Of a stretch of 64,000 nt of DNA, positions 46,340 through 55,993 are shown piece after piece. Position 1 is the stretch's first letter, and every line of letters starts with the position of its first letter. Where the stretch lies: the IMG/VR virus record IMGVR_UViG_3300029286_000009, positions 124,001 through 188,000 of that record, one strand, 5' to 3'. A program made the position numbers and the translations under genes. The notes beneath the pieces are model-generated. The model worked only from the letters and a program-made list of their open reading frames with translations. It made no database searches and had not been told where the DNA came from.

Positions 46340-46720
46340 ATGCGAATTCAACAACAAATACAACAAAAACTAACAACAGCGATGGTAGAAAAAGATGAGG
46401 ATACTAAGTCTACTCTCCGATTCATTTTGGGGGAGTTTAGCCGGTGCCGAGAAAAGGAAATTCCCGACCTATTGGCTATTAAGATTGTGCGTAAGGCGAT
46501 TGAAGATGAGCAGTCTATAAACGGTTCCCAACAGTTTATCAATATCCTCAAACAGTTTATCCCAACCCCTGTCACAAAAGAAGAAGTTTTGGTATGGATT
46601 CAAGACAATATCGACTTTTCCCTTTTCCGTAACAAACCACAAGCAATGCAGCCCATTATGGCACATTTTGCCGGGCGAATAAGTGGGAGTACAGTAAAAG
46701 AGATTATAGAGGCTTTGTAA
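46340..46720 (+). CDS. yqeY: GatB/YqeY domain protein
   Basis: ..TAMVEKD..KSTLRFILGE..ILKQFIP..EEV..I..N..AM..IM..F.GR.SG..VK. Confidence 0.75.
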   Translation: MRIQQQIQQKLTTAMVEKDEDTKSTLRFILGEFSRCREKEIPDLLAIKIVRKAIEDEQSINGSQQFINILKQFIPTPVTKEEVLVWIQDNIDFSLFRNKPQAMQPIMAHFAGRISGSTVKEIIEAL

Positions 46721-47821
46721 ATGCCAAGTGACACAATTGTAAGATGTGCACGAGTTGATGCTATTACTGAGCATCCCCACGCAGACAACTTGTTGATATT
46801 GGACATTCTTGGTTGGCAAGTAATTACTAATAGAGACACAAACCCCAAGGTAGGAGAGTTAAGAGTTTTTATTGCACCTGATCTTATTCTTCCTCAGGAA
46901 TTGGCAGAGCAACTAGGAGTTACTGTATATTTAAAAAATGGGAATCGGGTAAGACAAGTAAAGCTCAGAGGAATTATGTCATTTGGTATCGCCGCGTCTA
47001 ACCATTGGAATTTCCAAGAGGGCGAAGAAGTATCTGAGCAACTAGGTATAACAAAGTATAGCCCTCCTGAAGAGTTCACAGTCGGTGATCAAGCACGGGA
47101 ACATCCACTTTTTACTCACTACTCTAACATCGAAAACTTTAGAAACTTTCCTAAAGCTTTTGAGGAAGGTGAAGTGGTAGCAATTTATGAAAAGATTGAA
47201 GGAACAAACTCTAGAATGGGAGGTGTTCGTATAACTGAAGCAGAAGTTATGGGTGTTGACCAGAGAATGCCTATCCCCCGTAAACACTTGCACCATGAGA
47301 CTTTTGTGGGGTTTATGATTGGCTCTCATAGCACACAAAAGAAGTTTGAGGCCGCTAAACCTACGATTTACGCATCTCCCTATAACCCACACGTTCGGGA
47401 TGCAATTTGCAAAATTATGTATGACTATAATGCCAACGTGGTCATTTTCTTTGGAGAAATATTTGGTAGGGGCATTAAGAATGGTGCTAGAAGTATGACT
47501 TACGGAAGGAACACACCGGACTGGCGGCTATTCGATATTTACATAGACGGTAGATTCGCTGGTGTTCAGGAACTAACTAATTTGGCAACTCTATACGGAC
47601 TAGAGTTAGCTCCTCTCCTTTATTGTGGGCCATTTAGTTTGGATGCCTTAAAATTGCATGCCAATCAACCAACTCAGTTAATGGACCAAAGCCCCCATCT
47701 CAGTGAAGGAGTGGTCATAAAGCCTCTAAGCGAACGTGTGTATGATGGGTGCAGGCGTCTCTTGCTCAAATACAAGAGCGACGCCTATGAGGAACTAAAA
47801 GCAAAGGGAAAAGCTGGGTGA
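46721..47821 (+). CDS. RNA ligase, DRB0094/Rnl5 family
   Basis: N-terminal OB (HPHADNL..GWQVI..FIAPD), VRQVKLRG..SFG, EKIEGTN, FGEIFG, FDI, EGVVIK, KYKSDAY. Confidence 0.85.
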   Translation: MPSDTIVRCARVDAITEHPHADNLLILDILGWQVITNRDTNPKVGELRVFIAPDLILPQELAEQLGVTVYLKNGNRVRQVKLRGIMSFGIAASNHWNFQEGEEVSEQLGITKYSPPEEFTVGDQAREHPLFTHYSNIENFRNFPKAFEEGEVVAIYEKIEGTNSRMGGVRITEAEVMGVDQRMPIPRKHLHHETFVGFMIGSHSTQKKFEAAKPTIYASPYNPHVRDAICKIMYDYNANVVIFFGEIFGRGIKNGARSMTYGRNTPDWRLFDIYIDGRFAGVQELTNLATLYGLELAPLLYCGPFSLDALKLHANQPTQLMDQSPHLSEGVVIKPLSERVYDGCRRLLLKYKSDAYEELKAKGKAG

Positions 47822-47833
47822 AAGGACATAACG

Positions 47834-48241
47834 ATGTGTGAATTTATCTCAGTAGTCAAACTAGGTGAAACCTTATGGTATTTAACCACACCAGATATTG
47901 AGTCTAAAAAGGGAAAGGAGCTGAGACATTTTTGTGAATACCCCAGTGATTTGAGGGGACATGGGGCAATCAGGTATTTCTATGATATACCTGACAACGT
48001 AGGAGAAGACTTGGAGTTTATTAACTTCCGTGACCCCGCAAATTTACCCGCTGAGCTCGTGTCTGCTATGGTAAACGGGAAATTTGTCAGGTGGTTTGGG
48101 GAACCCCCGTATGGACTTCTTAACGAGAAGCATGAAGACGGCTATACGGAAACTTATGAGGCTCTCCGGAGGCCATATGTAGATATGGGGGTAAGAAGTC
48201 AACTACCTCCAATTGAAATCGGAGGCTTTCCAGCTGCTTAA
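47834..48241 (+). CDS. hypothetical protein, paralog of 33976-34491
   Basis: shared N-terminal motifs. Confidence 0.6.
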   Translation: MCEFISVVKLGETLWYLTTPDIESKKGKELRHFCEYPSDLRGHGAIRYFYDIPDNVGEDLEFINFRDPANLPAELVSAMVNGKFVRWFGEPPYGLLNEKHEDGYTETYEALRRPYVDMGVRSQLPPIEIGGFPAA

Positions 48242-48407
48242 ACCTCTCTGCGAGGGGTTGACAAAACTTGTAATGCATCCGGAAGATTACCAACAGTTTA
48301 ACCCCCCAAATGGATGGGGAAATTACGATGGGTTGGTGCAATTCGTGAGAGATTACTTGACTGCATGCACAAATTACCCGGAAGCAACAGTAAGGGTGTG
48401 GAGGTAA
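48213..48407 (+). CDS. hypothetical protein
   Basis: NPPNGWGNYDG..CTNYPEA. Confidence 0.5.
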   Translation: MKSEAFQLLKPLCEGLTKLVMHPEDYQQFNPPNGWGNYDGLVQFVRDYLTACTNYPEATVRVWR

Positions 48408-48412
48408 AACTA

Positions 48413-49486
48413 ATGGGTGACACACGGTACGTAAATAGTCCAGAAAAATACGTAAATAGTCAAGAAGAATACGACTCTATCCCAGATGACTTCGACGGGT
48501 ATATCTATGTGCGGGGAAACATACCCCGTATAATGAAAACCCCACCACGGGCACATGTTTATCTTGTTAATCAGGCATGTGTGGGCTTTATTGGTGGAGA
48601 TGCCCATATCAGTAGTATTTTTGACAATTCTACGGTTACATCTATTCGGGATAATGCCTGTGTAAGCCACATAAGTGATGCTGCTGTGGTTCACGCCATC
48701 AGGGGAAAGGCACGGATTTATTGCATTTCTGGGCGTGCAGCTATCACCAGCGTTGGCGAATCCGCCCGTATCGATTCCGTAAGTGGTAGTGTAATCATAG
48801 ATGTGGTAGAGGGGAGTGCTAGCATAGATGTTTTGCTGGGGTCTGCTCATATCAGGAGGGTGGGGCAAGATGCTGTAATTCGTGACATGTTCGGAAACAC
48901 GCAAATTGAAGAACTTCGGGATGGGGCCCGCATTAAACGAGTTGGGGGAGCTGCTATTGTTGCTTTAAAGGGAAACTCCATTATAGAACATGCTTACTCC
49001 TCTGCAGTTATTAGGGTATATTCTACCGCTGCTAAGATAAAAAACGCTTATCAGAATGTAGTCATTCTCGGTTATGGTTGCTCCCCTGCAATTAATGAGT
49101 GTGCTAGCAGTGTTTCAGTAATCGACATACCACCATCCGAGGTAAGTCCCAGAGATTTCCGTGATATATTTGACTTGGTAAGACAACCTGATGGACGTAT
49201 CGTTCTCTTCAAAATAACACAACCAGACGGAACTGATTACTTCTCTGGACAAGTCTTATATGAGGGCATCGTTGAATGTAGTGATTGGGATCCAGATCCT
49301 GGGATACAATGTGGGCAGGGTCTTCACCTTTCAGCTACGTCTGCACTAGCAGCACTGTATCATTGTTCCGGAAGAGTGAAACGCTGTTTAGTGGATCCGG
49401 AGGACATTGTATTCTTCAAGGATGACCTTTCTAAAGTAAGATGCAAAAAGGTTGAGGTTATTGAAGATTGTGGTTTATTGACTTAA
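48413..49486 (+). CDS. Beta-solenoid repeat protein with DUF7666-like C-terminal domain
   Basis: ~9-aa repeats (A-x-I-x-x-I-x-G/D); C-terminal DWDP..CGQGLH..V..EDIV..KVRC; SD GGAGG. Confidence 0.65.
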   Translation: MGDTRYVNSPEKYVNSQEEYDSIPDDFDGYIYVRGNIPRIMKTPPRAHVYLVNQACVGFIGGDAHISSIFDNSTVTSIRDNACVSHISDAAVVHAIRGKARIYCISGRAAITSVGESARIDSVSGSVIIDVVEGSASIDVLLGSAHIRRVGQDAVIRDMFGNTQIEELRDGARIKRVGGAAIVALKGNSIIEHAYSSAVIRVYSTAAKIKNAYQNVVILGYGCSPAINECASSVSVIDIPPSEVSPRDFRDIFDLVRQPDGRIVLFKITQPDGTDYFSGQVLYEGIVECSDWDPDPGIQCGQGLHLSATSALAALYHCSGRVKRCLVDPEDIVFFKDDLSKVRCKKVEVIEDCGLLT

Positions 49487-49547
49487 AGGAATGGGAGCAT
49501 CGTGGTATCCACACCACACCAGAATAGGGAAAAGAAAAAGGGAAAAC

Positions 49548-49757
49548 ATGGTATACGAATACGAATGCTCAAATTGCGGTCAAATTACTGAGGTATCCTT
49601 TCCTATCAGTGCTAAGAAGCCAAAAGTGTTACCTTGTGGGCATTGTCAAAGTTGTGCCAAGCTAATTATCAGCCGGAGTAACTTTTTCTTAAGGGGAGGG
49701 GGCTGGTACAAAGATGGTTATGAAAAGAAACCCAATCCTAGCCCCGCCCCAACCTGA
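49548..49757 (+). CDS. FmdB-family zinc-ribbon protein
   Basis: YEYECSNCG..CGHC..F.LRGGGWYKDGY. Confidence 0.8.
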   Translation: MVYEYECSNCGQITEVSFPISAKKPKVLPCGHCQSCAKLIISRSNFFLRGGGWYKDGYEKKPNPSPAPT

Positions 49758-49797
49758 ACTTCAAAAGAACCTGGCAGTTGCCAGTAGGAGAAATAAT

Positions 49798-50058
49798 ATG
49801 GCAGCAGTAGTTCTTGGACAAGCTGACGACGCCACTATGCAACGAGTTCAAGATTGGAATAACAAGAATGTTCTGCAAAAACAAGCAGACAATGCACTCA
49901 TTTTGAAAGAGTTTGGTGATCTGGGGAACTTTCATGCACATCTACGCAAAACCAATAGTTCTCGAGAAAAGTGGCTAAAAGAGTCTGTTGTGTCTTATGC
50001 GGTTGAAGATGCTTTTGATTATTTACTTGATTGGCTTCTTCCTCGCGGAAGAGTGTAA
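49798..50058 (+). CDS. hypothetical protein
   Basis: SD GGAG. Confidence 0.55.
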   Translation: MAAVVLGQADDATMQRVQDWNNKNVLQKQADNALILKEFGDLGNFHAHLRKTNSSREKWLKESVVSYAVEDAFDYLLDWLLPRGRV

Positions 50059-50063
50059 CATGT

Positions 50064-50086
50064 GGGGGTCTACGTACCCCTTTTTT
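50064..50086 (+). terminator. Intrinsic terminator-like hairpin
   Basis: GGGGT-ctacgt-ACCCC followed by T6. Confidence 0.55.
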
Positions 50087-50090
50087 CTTT

Positions 50091-50129
50091 ATCAAACCTT
50101 TAGATGGTACCCTCTACCCATCAAAGGTA
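50091..50129. repeat. Recurrent hairpin motif, copy 1 (others at 52050-52092, 53043-53096, 54029-54066)
   Basis: ATCAAACCT..ATGGTA-CCCTC-TACCCAT..AGGT. Confidence 0.65.
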
Positions 50130-50312
50130 TATCTTAAGAGTAAGGGTAAGATTGATTAATTACCGCATGCGGTAAAGTTCTTTATTGAAGGGTTTAATGG
50201 CTACTATAGCCCGCAATCAATCTTACCCTATTCAAGACTGATTAACAAAGCGGGTCTTCCCGCAAAACGTTATTGTTCAAGTAACGTAGCTTTTACTGTT
50301 CGGAGGTTGTGA

Positions 50313-50483
50313 ATGAACAAGAAACAGATTAGTAAAAAGAAGTCTCGTGCAACACAAACCATTCAACATGATTATAGCTCGCTTACCTACGAAGCAGTTG
50401 CTGTTGATATGAGAAAAATAGAGATCAGTCGGCTGAAACGCGGCAAAGGCTTCGACTGTTTCGTTGTCCCCTCGGGGCGTTAA
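50313..50483 (+). CDS. Small basic protein (56 aa)
   Basis: SD GGAGG; MNKKQISKKKSRA...PSGR*. Confidence 0.55.
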   Translation: MNKKQISKKKSRATQTIQHDYSSLTYEAVAVDMRKIEISRLKRGKGFDCFVVPSGR

Positions 50484-50762
50484 TCCCCCAAATCACATTC
50501 GTTAGCCTTGTTTGTAGGGGGTCTGAATTTCTTCCTGGCTCTTTGCAAACTCTAAGGATGTCATCCAGGCAGGGGCTACACAAACTGCTGTGGGCAGTTT
50601 TCGCAATAGAATAAGAAACAAAGGCTTTTGTTTTCCTGTTCTAAGCTTTACTGTCTTAAATCGGTGGTTACTCCACCATACACTTACGTTCCGGGGCTAA
50701 AAAAGCCCAAAATATATGCCATTCCAATAGGCAGATTTCTCACTAAAAGAAAGGAATTTGAC

Positions 50763-51239
50763 ATGGCAACACAGAAGAATTCGAAGAAAGGTAACCGCCC
50801 GTTCAAAGCCCCGCTTCGAAAAGTCGGTATCAAGTCAGTTAAAGTAAATTATGACACGCTGGTGGTTACGTTCTGGCGACGACAGACCACAGCAACTAAA
50901 GCTGGTATCAAGACTGGTCCGTCTATAGGACGTCCGGCTGTCCAGCGAATTGACGACAAAAATCCCGTAGAATTTAACTGTGAGTCTGAAGACTATGCTA
51001 CTCTCCTCGCTCAGCATGTCCTAAAGATGGGAGCTACCACAAAAAAGAGCGGGCTGGTGTATCAGATTCGCCGGCTGGTAGAAGACCCTACTCGTTTCAC
51101 CGCAGCTACCATGCGCTCGGCAAACCGGCGTGTATACCGCGGTAAGATGAAAGTCATAAAAGAAGAGCGGCGGCGGCGTGAAGAAGCACGCCTTTTGGCG
51201 ATGCAAAAACGTTCTGGGGCGGGACAACAAAGACCTTAG
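50763..51239 (+). CDS. Basic hypothetical protein
   Basis: SD AAGGA; Arg/Lys rich. Confidence 0.6.
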   Translation: MATQKNSKKGNRPFKAPLRKVGIKSVKVNYDTLVVTFWRRQTTATKAGIKTGPSIGRPAVQRIDDKNPVEFNCESEDYATLLAQHVLKMGATTKKSGLVYQIRRLVEDPTRFTAATMRSANRRVYRGKMKVIKEERRRREEARLLAMQKRSGAGQQRP

Positions 51240-51254
51240 ATAGAAGAGGATAAT

Positions 51255-51473
51255 ATGGACAACAAGATCAACTTTCTAATTTTGGGGTTCAGTGTAATTG
51301 TGATTAGTATTGCACTTCTCTGTATTTCAATTAAAACAAGTTCAAGAATTATATCCCTGGAACAACAGGTTGTTGAGATAAAAACACACCAACAAATGTT
51401 ATCCAGCCCAACTGAAGATTGGGTGGTTAGGTCTAACGATCAGTTGTGGCTGCCAATGTCAGGTAAACGATAA
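51255..51473 (+). CDS. Small membrane protein
   Basis: N-terminal TM. Confidence 0.55.
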   Translation: MDNKINFLILGFSVIVISIALLCISIKTSSRIISLEQQVVEIKTHQQMLSSPTEDWVVRSNDQLWLPMSGKR

Positions 51474-51514
51474 AGAATCTCCGTAAAACTGCCCAACACA
51501 TTAAAGGAAAAAAA

Positions 51515-51934
51515 ATGGACCACGAAGAAGTTTCGTTTGTAAGGTTCGCCCTCTGGGCCGCAACACTTGCCCTTGTAGTGACTGTTCTCATCTTTTGGGC
51601 TTACCCTGTCTACACTGTTTGGCAAAGAGGACTGGCCGGGGAAGCTGAACTCCGACAAGCTGAATGGAACCGGCAGATAAAGATAAGAGAAGCCCAGGCT
51701 GCTGAAGAATCTGCGGGGCATTTGGCGTCAGCAGAAGTGAAGCGGGCGGAAGGTGTAGCAAAGGCAAATTTAATCATCGGCGGCAGTCTCAAGGATAATG
51801 AAGGGTATCTTCGTTGGCTTTGGGTGGAAGGAATGAAAGAAAATACTGGTAAAACCACAGTATATATTCCCACTGAAGCCAACTTACCTGTTCTTGAGGC
51901 AACACGACTCCATCTCCCAGCATCTTCTAAGTAG
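51515..51934 (+). CDS. Phage membrane protein (SPFH/band-7 C-terminal-like)
   Basis: TM, then GEAELRQAE..EVKRAEGVAKAN..YLRWLW..YIPTEANLP. Confidence 0.65.
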   Translation: MDHEEVSFVRFALWAATLALVVTVLIFWAYPVYTVWQRGLAGEAELRQAEWNRQIKIREAQAAEESAGHLASAEVKRAEGVAKANLIIGGSLKDNEGYLRWLWVEGMKENTGKTTVYIPTEANLPVLEATRLHLPASSK

Positions 51935-52049
51935 GTAGTTCTGTGTAAGGGTCGTCTGGTGCTGCAACTAGGCGACCTATTCCTTCAATTTGGATTCATC
52001 TCCAATTATTGTACGTTCCAAAATCCCCCTTCTCGTGTATACGTGTTAT

Positions 52050-52092
52050 ATCAAACCTAATAATGGTAACCCTCAGTTACCCATTTTAGGTG
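52050..52092. repeat. Recurrent hairpin motif, copy 2
   Basis: ATCAAACCTAATAATGGTAACCCTCAGTTACCCATTTTAGGT. Confidence 0.65.
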
Positions 52093-52502
52093 CAGATATA
52101 TTTATAAGACAATAGGGTTTATTAGGTGCAGTAAGATAAAAAAACAGTCGCGCGAGGGTTACACACGCGTACGCAACTATAAAGCCTTATTGGTAAGTCC
52201 CTCTTACCCATATATAAGGGTTTATAGAGTATCTTAAAGTACATTAGGGTACAAGAGGAAAAATGACAAAAAGGAGAAGTTAACACCTTTTTTGTTTCGC
52301 GTGCGTTAAATCTATAGACTAATGGTTTAATATACGTGCGTGTAAATAAAGTAATCAAAGTTCTCGGCTTTGTTTTTGGATATAAACAATTAATAGCTTC
52401 TTGGGTTTTACACTTACTACTACTCACCTTCTTATCTCTTTCACTTTTGGCTCTCATCTAGGGCCGTTCAGTTTCTGTCTATCAGGAATAGGGGAGGGAT
52501 GT

Positions 52503-53006
52503 ATGGATTTATGTGTCAAGGCAGTTTTGGCTGTCTTAGTTGGTGAGGTTAGTCGAGTTCACATGGAGCAGATTCTGCTCCCTTTTCAATCCATCCGGTC
52601 CGGAGGGAACATGTCATTATGGGTAAGAGAGTCTGGTGATAGCTTAAAGAATACAACAAGAAAAATGTATTCGCCAGATGCGGTATCAAGTTTTGTGTGT
52701 TCACTGTTTATCTCCTCGAAAAGTGTGTTGAGAAGCACTACCAGAGGAGGAGGAAAGGAGATGCATAACTATTATGCAGAAATGGGAAGAGAGGTTCCCG
52801 AGAACAACTCTATATCTACCAACACTACTACTAACGAAGACAATCGGATTTATTGTCTTTCAACCGACTCCCGCCGTTTTCTGCTACGCAAAAGTAGGAC
52901 CAGACCTGTGAGGAAGAGTACTGTTGAGAAGTGCGATTCCAGGGACAGGGCAGCCGTTCACTGCGTTGAACGTTTGTCACATTCCTTGATTGCCCAACTA
53001 CAATAG
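52503..53006 (+). CDS. hypothetical protein
   Basis: start inferred from GGAGG; weak. Confidence 0.35.
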   Translation: MDLCVKAVLAVLVGEVSRVHMEQILLPFQSIRSGGNMSLWVRESGDSLKNTTRKMYSPDAVSSFVCSLFISSKSVLRSTTRGGGKEMHNYYAEMGREVPENNSISTNTTTNEDNRIYCLSTDSRRFLLRKSRTRPVRKSTVEKCDSRDRAAVHCVERLSHSLIAQLQ

Positions 53007-53042
53007 CTAGATTGGAGTCGTACGCGTTAGGCCCATGCCTTT

Positions 53043-53096
53043 TAGCCTAGTAATAATCCCTCTAACCCATCAAGGGTTTTAGGGTTATATAGGCTA
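53043..53096. repeat. Recurrent hairpin motif, copy 3
   Basis: TAGCCTA/TAGGCTA outer stem; core CCCTCTAACCCATCAAGG. Confidence 0.55.
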
Positions 53097-53208
53097 TCTT
53101 AGTACAATCGGGTTAAAGAAGAAAGTACCCAAGAAGAAAGGAAGACAAACTTTTGGGTAGTTACTTACAACCTACAGCTTTTTGCTGGCGCAGGAAAGGA
53201 GGTTAGTT

Positions 53209-53565
53209 ATGCATCAGCAATATACGGTATGGGTCTACAGGGGAAAAAGTCCAATGCTGTGCTGTGCTTCAATTCTCAATCGTCGGGCACCAGTGATGCC
53301 CCAACTTAAGCAGATATTGGAGGAGGAATATGAACAAAAGCTTCCGCCAAGGATTAGTATTTGGCTTGCAGCATGGTGCAATGAGAACGGTCCTTACTGG
53401 AGTATTGATCGGTACGTTTGTATTAAGCGTAATTCCAGTCGATCAATCCTTCAAGTCAACGGACGTTCTTTTACTGGTAGACATCTCTTGTTGCCGGTGT
53501 TGGAGACGCCTCGACGATGGTACGAGGTTTTATATGGGGATCATCGAACAGGGTTACTGTTATAG
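53209..53565 (+). CDS. hypothetical protein
   Basis: SD GGAGG. Confidence 0.55.
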   Translation: MHQQYTVWVYRGKSPMLCCASILNRRAPVMPQLKQILEEEYEQKLPPRISIWLAAWCNENGPYWSIDRYVCIKRNSSRSILQVNGRSFTGRHLLLPVLETPRRWYEVLYGDHRTGLLL

Positions 53566-53634
53566 TTACCCTGGGGGGTTTTGCACAGACACTGTCCCAT
53601 GCTTTGGAAATTAGTGAGAAAGGAGTAACTAGGT

Positions 53635-54006
53635 GTGGGTGGAAGGCAACTCTCGTACAATCTTGCGGGGGTGGTAAAGGAGGAAATCAAATTGGCTAGA
53701 ATGCACAGTGCGGAGCGAGAAGAGAAAATATGTCACTTGAGACACCAGGGTTTTTTCTATCATGAGATAGCCTTGATAGTTGGGGTAGCCAAACGGACTG
53801 TCGTACAGGTGTGTAAGGCTGCTGGACTAAATAAAATTCGGTGCCACAAGTGGTTAAACGATCCAGAATTTGTGAAAGCAATCATGGATCCAACTATTTC
53901 CTATGCCCGCATTGGACAAAAGTATAATCTGTCCCGCCAACGAATTCAAGTTCTGGCAAAAGAAATCGGCGTAACTCGGCGAAGAAGCGGGGAGAATGCA
54001 GAGTGA
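53635..54006 (+). CDS. Double helix-turn-helix DNA-binding protein
   Basis: FYHEIALIVGVAKRTV; SYARIGQKYNLSRQRIQ. Confidence 0.65.
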   Translation: MGGRQLSYNLAGVVKEEIKLARMHSAEREEKICHLRHQGFFYHEIALIVGVAKRTVVQVCKAAGLNKIRCHKWLNDPEFVKAIMDPTISYARIGQKYNLSRQRIQVLAKEIGVTRRRSGENAE

Positions 54007-54028
54007 AAGCGTGCACGCAAATAATCAT

Positions 54029-54066
54029 ATGTACCTTTTAGGGTAACCCCTTACCCAAAAGTACAT
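54029..54066. repeat. Recurrent hairpin motif, copy 4
   Basis: ATGTAC..GGGTAA-cccc-TTACCC..GTACAT. Confidence 0.55.
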
Positions 54067-54165
54067 TTATAGAATTAGGGTTTAGTTGGTACATTACACA
54101 AGTGTACCTACACAACTGCCCAATGTATGTTGGGCATACCACAACATATCGAGGAGGAAAAAGAA

Positions 54166-54357
54166 ATGATCACATTACTATTGACAGTCGGGTTTATGAC
54201 GTGGCCTCTCTGGGGCACCCCACCTGCGTGGGCATCCACTCCGGCGATGATGCTCGGGTTTGGGGTGGTGGGATTTTTTACTGGTAGGGCTGCTGAAGAG
54301 GTCTTCTCGGGGCGGCCTTGCGAGCAAACGCAAACGTCCCTTCAGCAAGCCGCGTAG
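54166..54357 (+). CDS. Small membrane protein
   Basis: SD GAGGAGG; two hydrophobic segments. Confidence 0.55.
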   Translation: MITLLLTVGFMTWPLWGTPPAWASTPAMMLGFGVVGFFTGRAAEEVFSGRPCEQTQTSLQQAA

Positions 54358-54416
54358 GTCTCACCTGCTAGGAGGAACTTTGTTCCCCCTAGCACTTCTC
54401 ACCAAGGAGGAAAATT

Positions 54417-54854
54417 ATGAGTTACTTTAGTGAGTTGTCACCGTTTGGGAAATTACTGGCGGTGTGGATTGCTTGCCCTACCACTGTGGCTTCGGTAGCA
54501 TGGCACCTTCCTGAACTATTCAACAAGGAACTCGAAAATGCCGCACTCTCCATTCAGAGTGCCCCCCGCGGGTGGGCGTTCATAAAGGAATGGAGAAGCA
54601 CCACCAAGAAAATGGCAGAGCTTGTCGGGAAGCTTCGCGAGTACGAGGAGCGTACCCGGTTCGGCGAGAATCTGAACGAAGCTGTTATCACGGTTCAAGC
54701 TGAAATCCTGCAGCTTCAATCTCGATTGCTGCAGCTAAAGGCAGAGTCGGACGAGCTGGATAAGAAGTTCGACGACATCGGAGCAGTGATCAGCAAAATT
54801 AGGAAGGCCACGCACTGGTTCGATCGAGCCATGTTTGGTTCGATAGCTACGTAG
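54417..54854 (+). CDS. TM plus coiled-coil protein
   Basis: SD GGAGG. Confidence 0.6.
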   Translation: MSYFSELSPFGKLLAVWIACPTTVASVAWHLPELFNKELENAALSIQSAPRGWAFIKEWRSTTKKMAELVGKLREYEERTRFGENLNEAVITVQAEILQLQSRLLQLKAESDELDKKFDDIGAVISKIRKATHWFDRAMFGSIAT

Positions 54855-54861
54855 GTGCAGA

Positions 54862-55230
54862 ATGGAACTAAACTCTCTCCGTGGCCAACAGGAAATGATC
54901 CAACTCTTGACAGGAAATCGGCGACATGCTAATAATGTTTATACGATGCATATCGCTATTCCGGACAGGGTTGACTTGCTTCCTGTAGATGTCCTGTACG
55001 TTTGTCGGGGATTTCTTGCTTGGTGGAGAAACATCTGGGAACGTGCAAGACTAGCACGGCTTCGTGTTCTGCAGGAGCGGGTATTGATGGATGCTCTGGC
55101 AGTGCAAGATGCCTTTGTCAAGTACAACAGGTCGTCTGAAGAGTACAAAGGGCAGCACCAGCTGTGCGAACGGAATGGGGACCGCATCCCCAAGGTAGGT
55201 AAACTACCCAGACCTTTTGTTGAAGAGTGA
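54862..55230 (+). CDS. hypothetical protein
   Basis: 122 aa. Confidence 0.5.
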   Translation: MELNSLRGQQEMIQLLTGNRRHANNVYTMHIAIPDRVDLLPVDVLYVCRGFLAWWRNIWERARLARLRVLQERVLMDALAVQDAFVKYNRSSEEYKGQHQLCERNGDRIPKVGKLPRPFVEE

Positions 55231-55364
55231 GGTAATCATGGACACCAAGTGGTGGCATGTCCCGTTATATCCCGCATGTGTTCTTGCGGTAATAGCGGGA
55301 TTCGGTTTGAAGTTGGTTGGGGACGTGCTGATCACAATTGGCAGGTTCCTAAAGACACTGTGTA

Positions 55365-55790
55365 ATGAGTAATCATCCGGAGCCACCAGCATCTTCCAGG
55401 GGGTGTTGGTGGCTCTGCAATACCCTTTTGGAGTGGGGAATGTGGAGTACGATTAGGGAGGCGGTAAACTTTGCGTACTGGCAACGTACTACTTGTTACG
55501 GGAGGTATGCACCGTTCGTTGTAGTTTACACTTTTTTAACCACATTTCTTTGGGTATGGGCACTTGCACTAAATCCTGTGCTCACGATAGGCTTGTCATT
55601 AATCTGTTTCGCCATGTTCCGCTTGTGGTACTTGTTTAACCGCGAGTCAATCCTGTGGGAAACCTTGGAGAGAGCACGGGCGAGACAACCAACAATTTTG
55701 GGTTCCTCAATGGAACTCCCCACCGGCTTGTATGCTTTTGCGTTTGTAGCGTGTTGTGTATACGTTATCGTGACAGCGTACTTCTGGTAG
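55365..55790 (+). CDS. Multi-pass membrane protein
   Basis: 3 hydrophobic helices. Confidence 0.55.
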   Translation: MSNHPEPPASSRGCWWLCNTLLEWGMWSTIREAVNFAYWQRTTCYGRYAPFVVVYTFLTTFLWVWALALNPVLTIGLSLICFAMFRLWYLFNRESILWETLERARARQPTILGSSMELPTGLYAFAFVACCVYVIVTAYFW

Positions 55791-55801
55791 AAAGGAATAC
55801 C

Positions 55802-55993
55802 ATGTTTGATATACAGTGGGTGGGTACGCCAACGGGCGTGATTTCGTTGCTCACCTTTAACGGTGCCCCCATCGATCATCTCCCTGGGTGTTGGACACCC
55901 TGGGTGAAGCCAGTTCTTGAACAGTATATGCTCCCGGAGCAGGCATTAGCGTTCATCCGGACGCACTTCTGGGAAACAGGAGCAATGCTATGA
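55802..55993 (+). CDS. hypothetical protein
   Basis: SD AAGGA. Confidence 0.5.
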   Translation: MFDIQWVGTPTGVISLLTFNGAPIDHLPGCWTPWVKPVLEQYMLPEQALAFIRTHFWETGAML

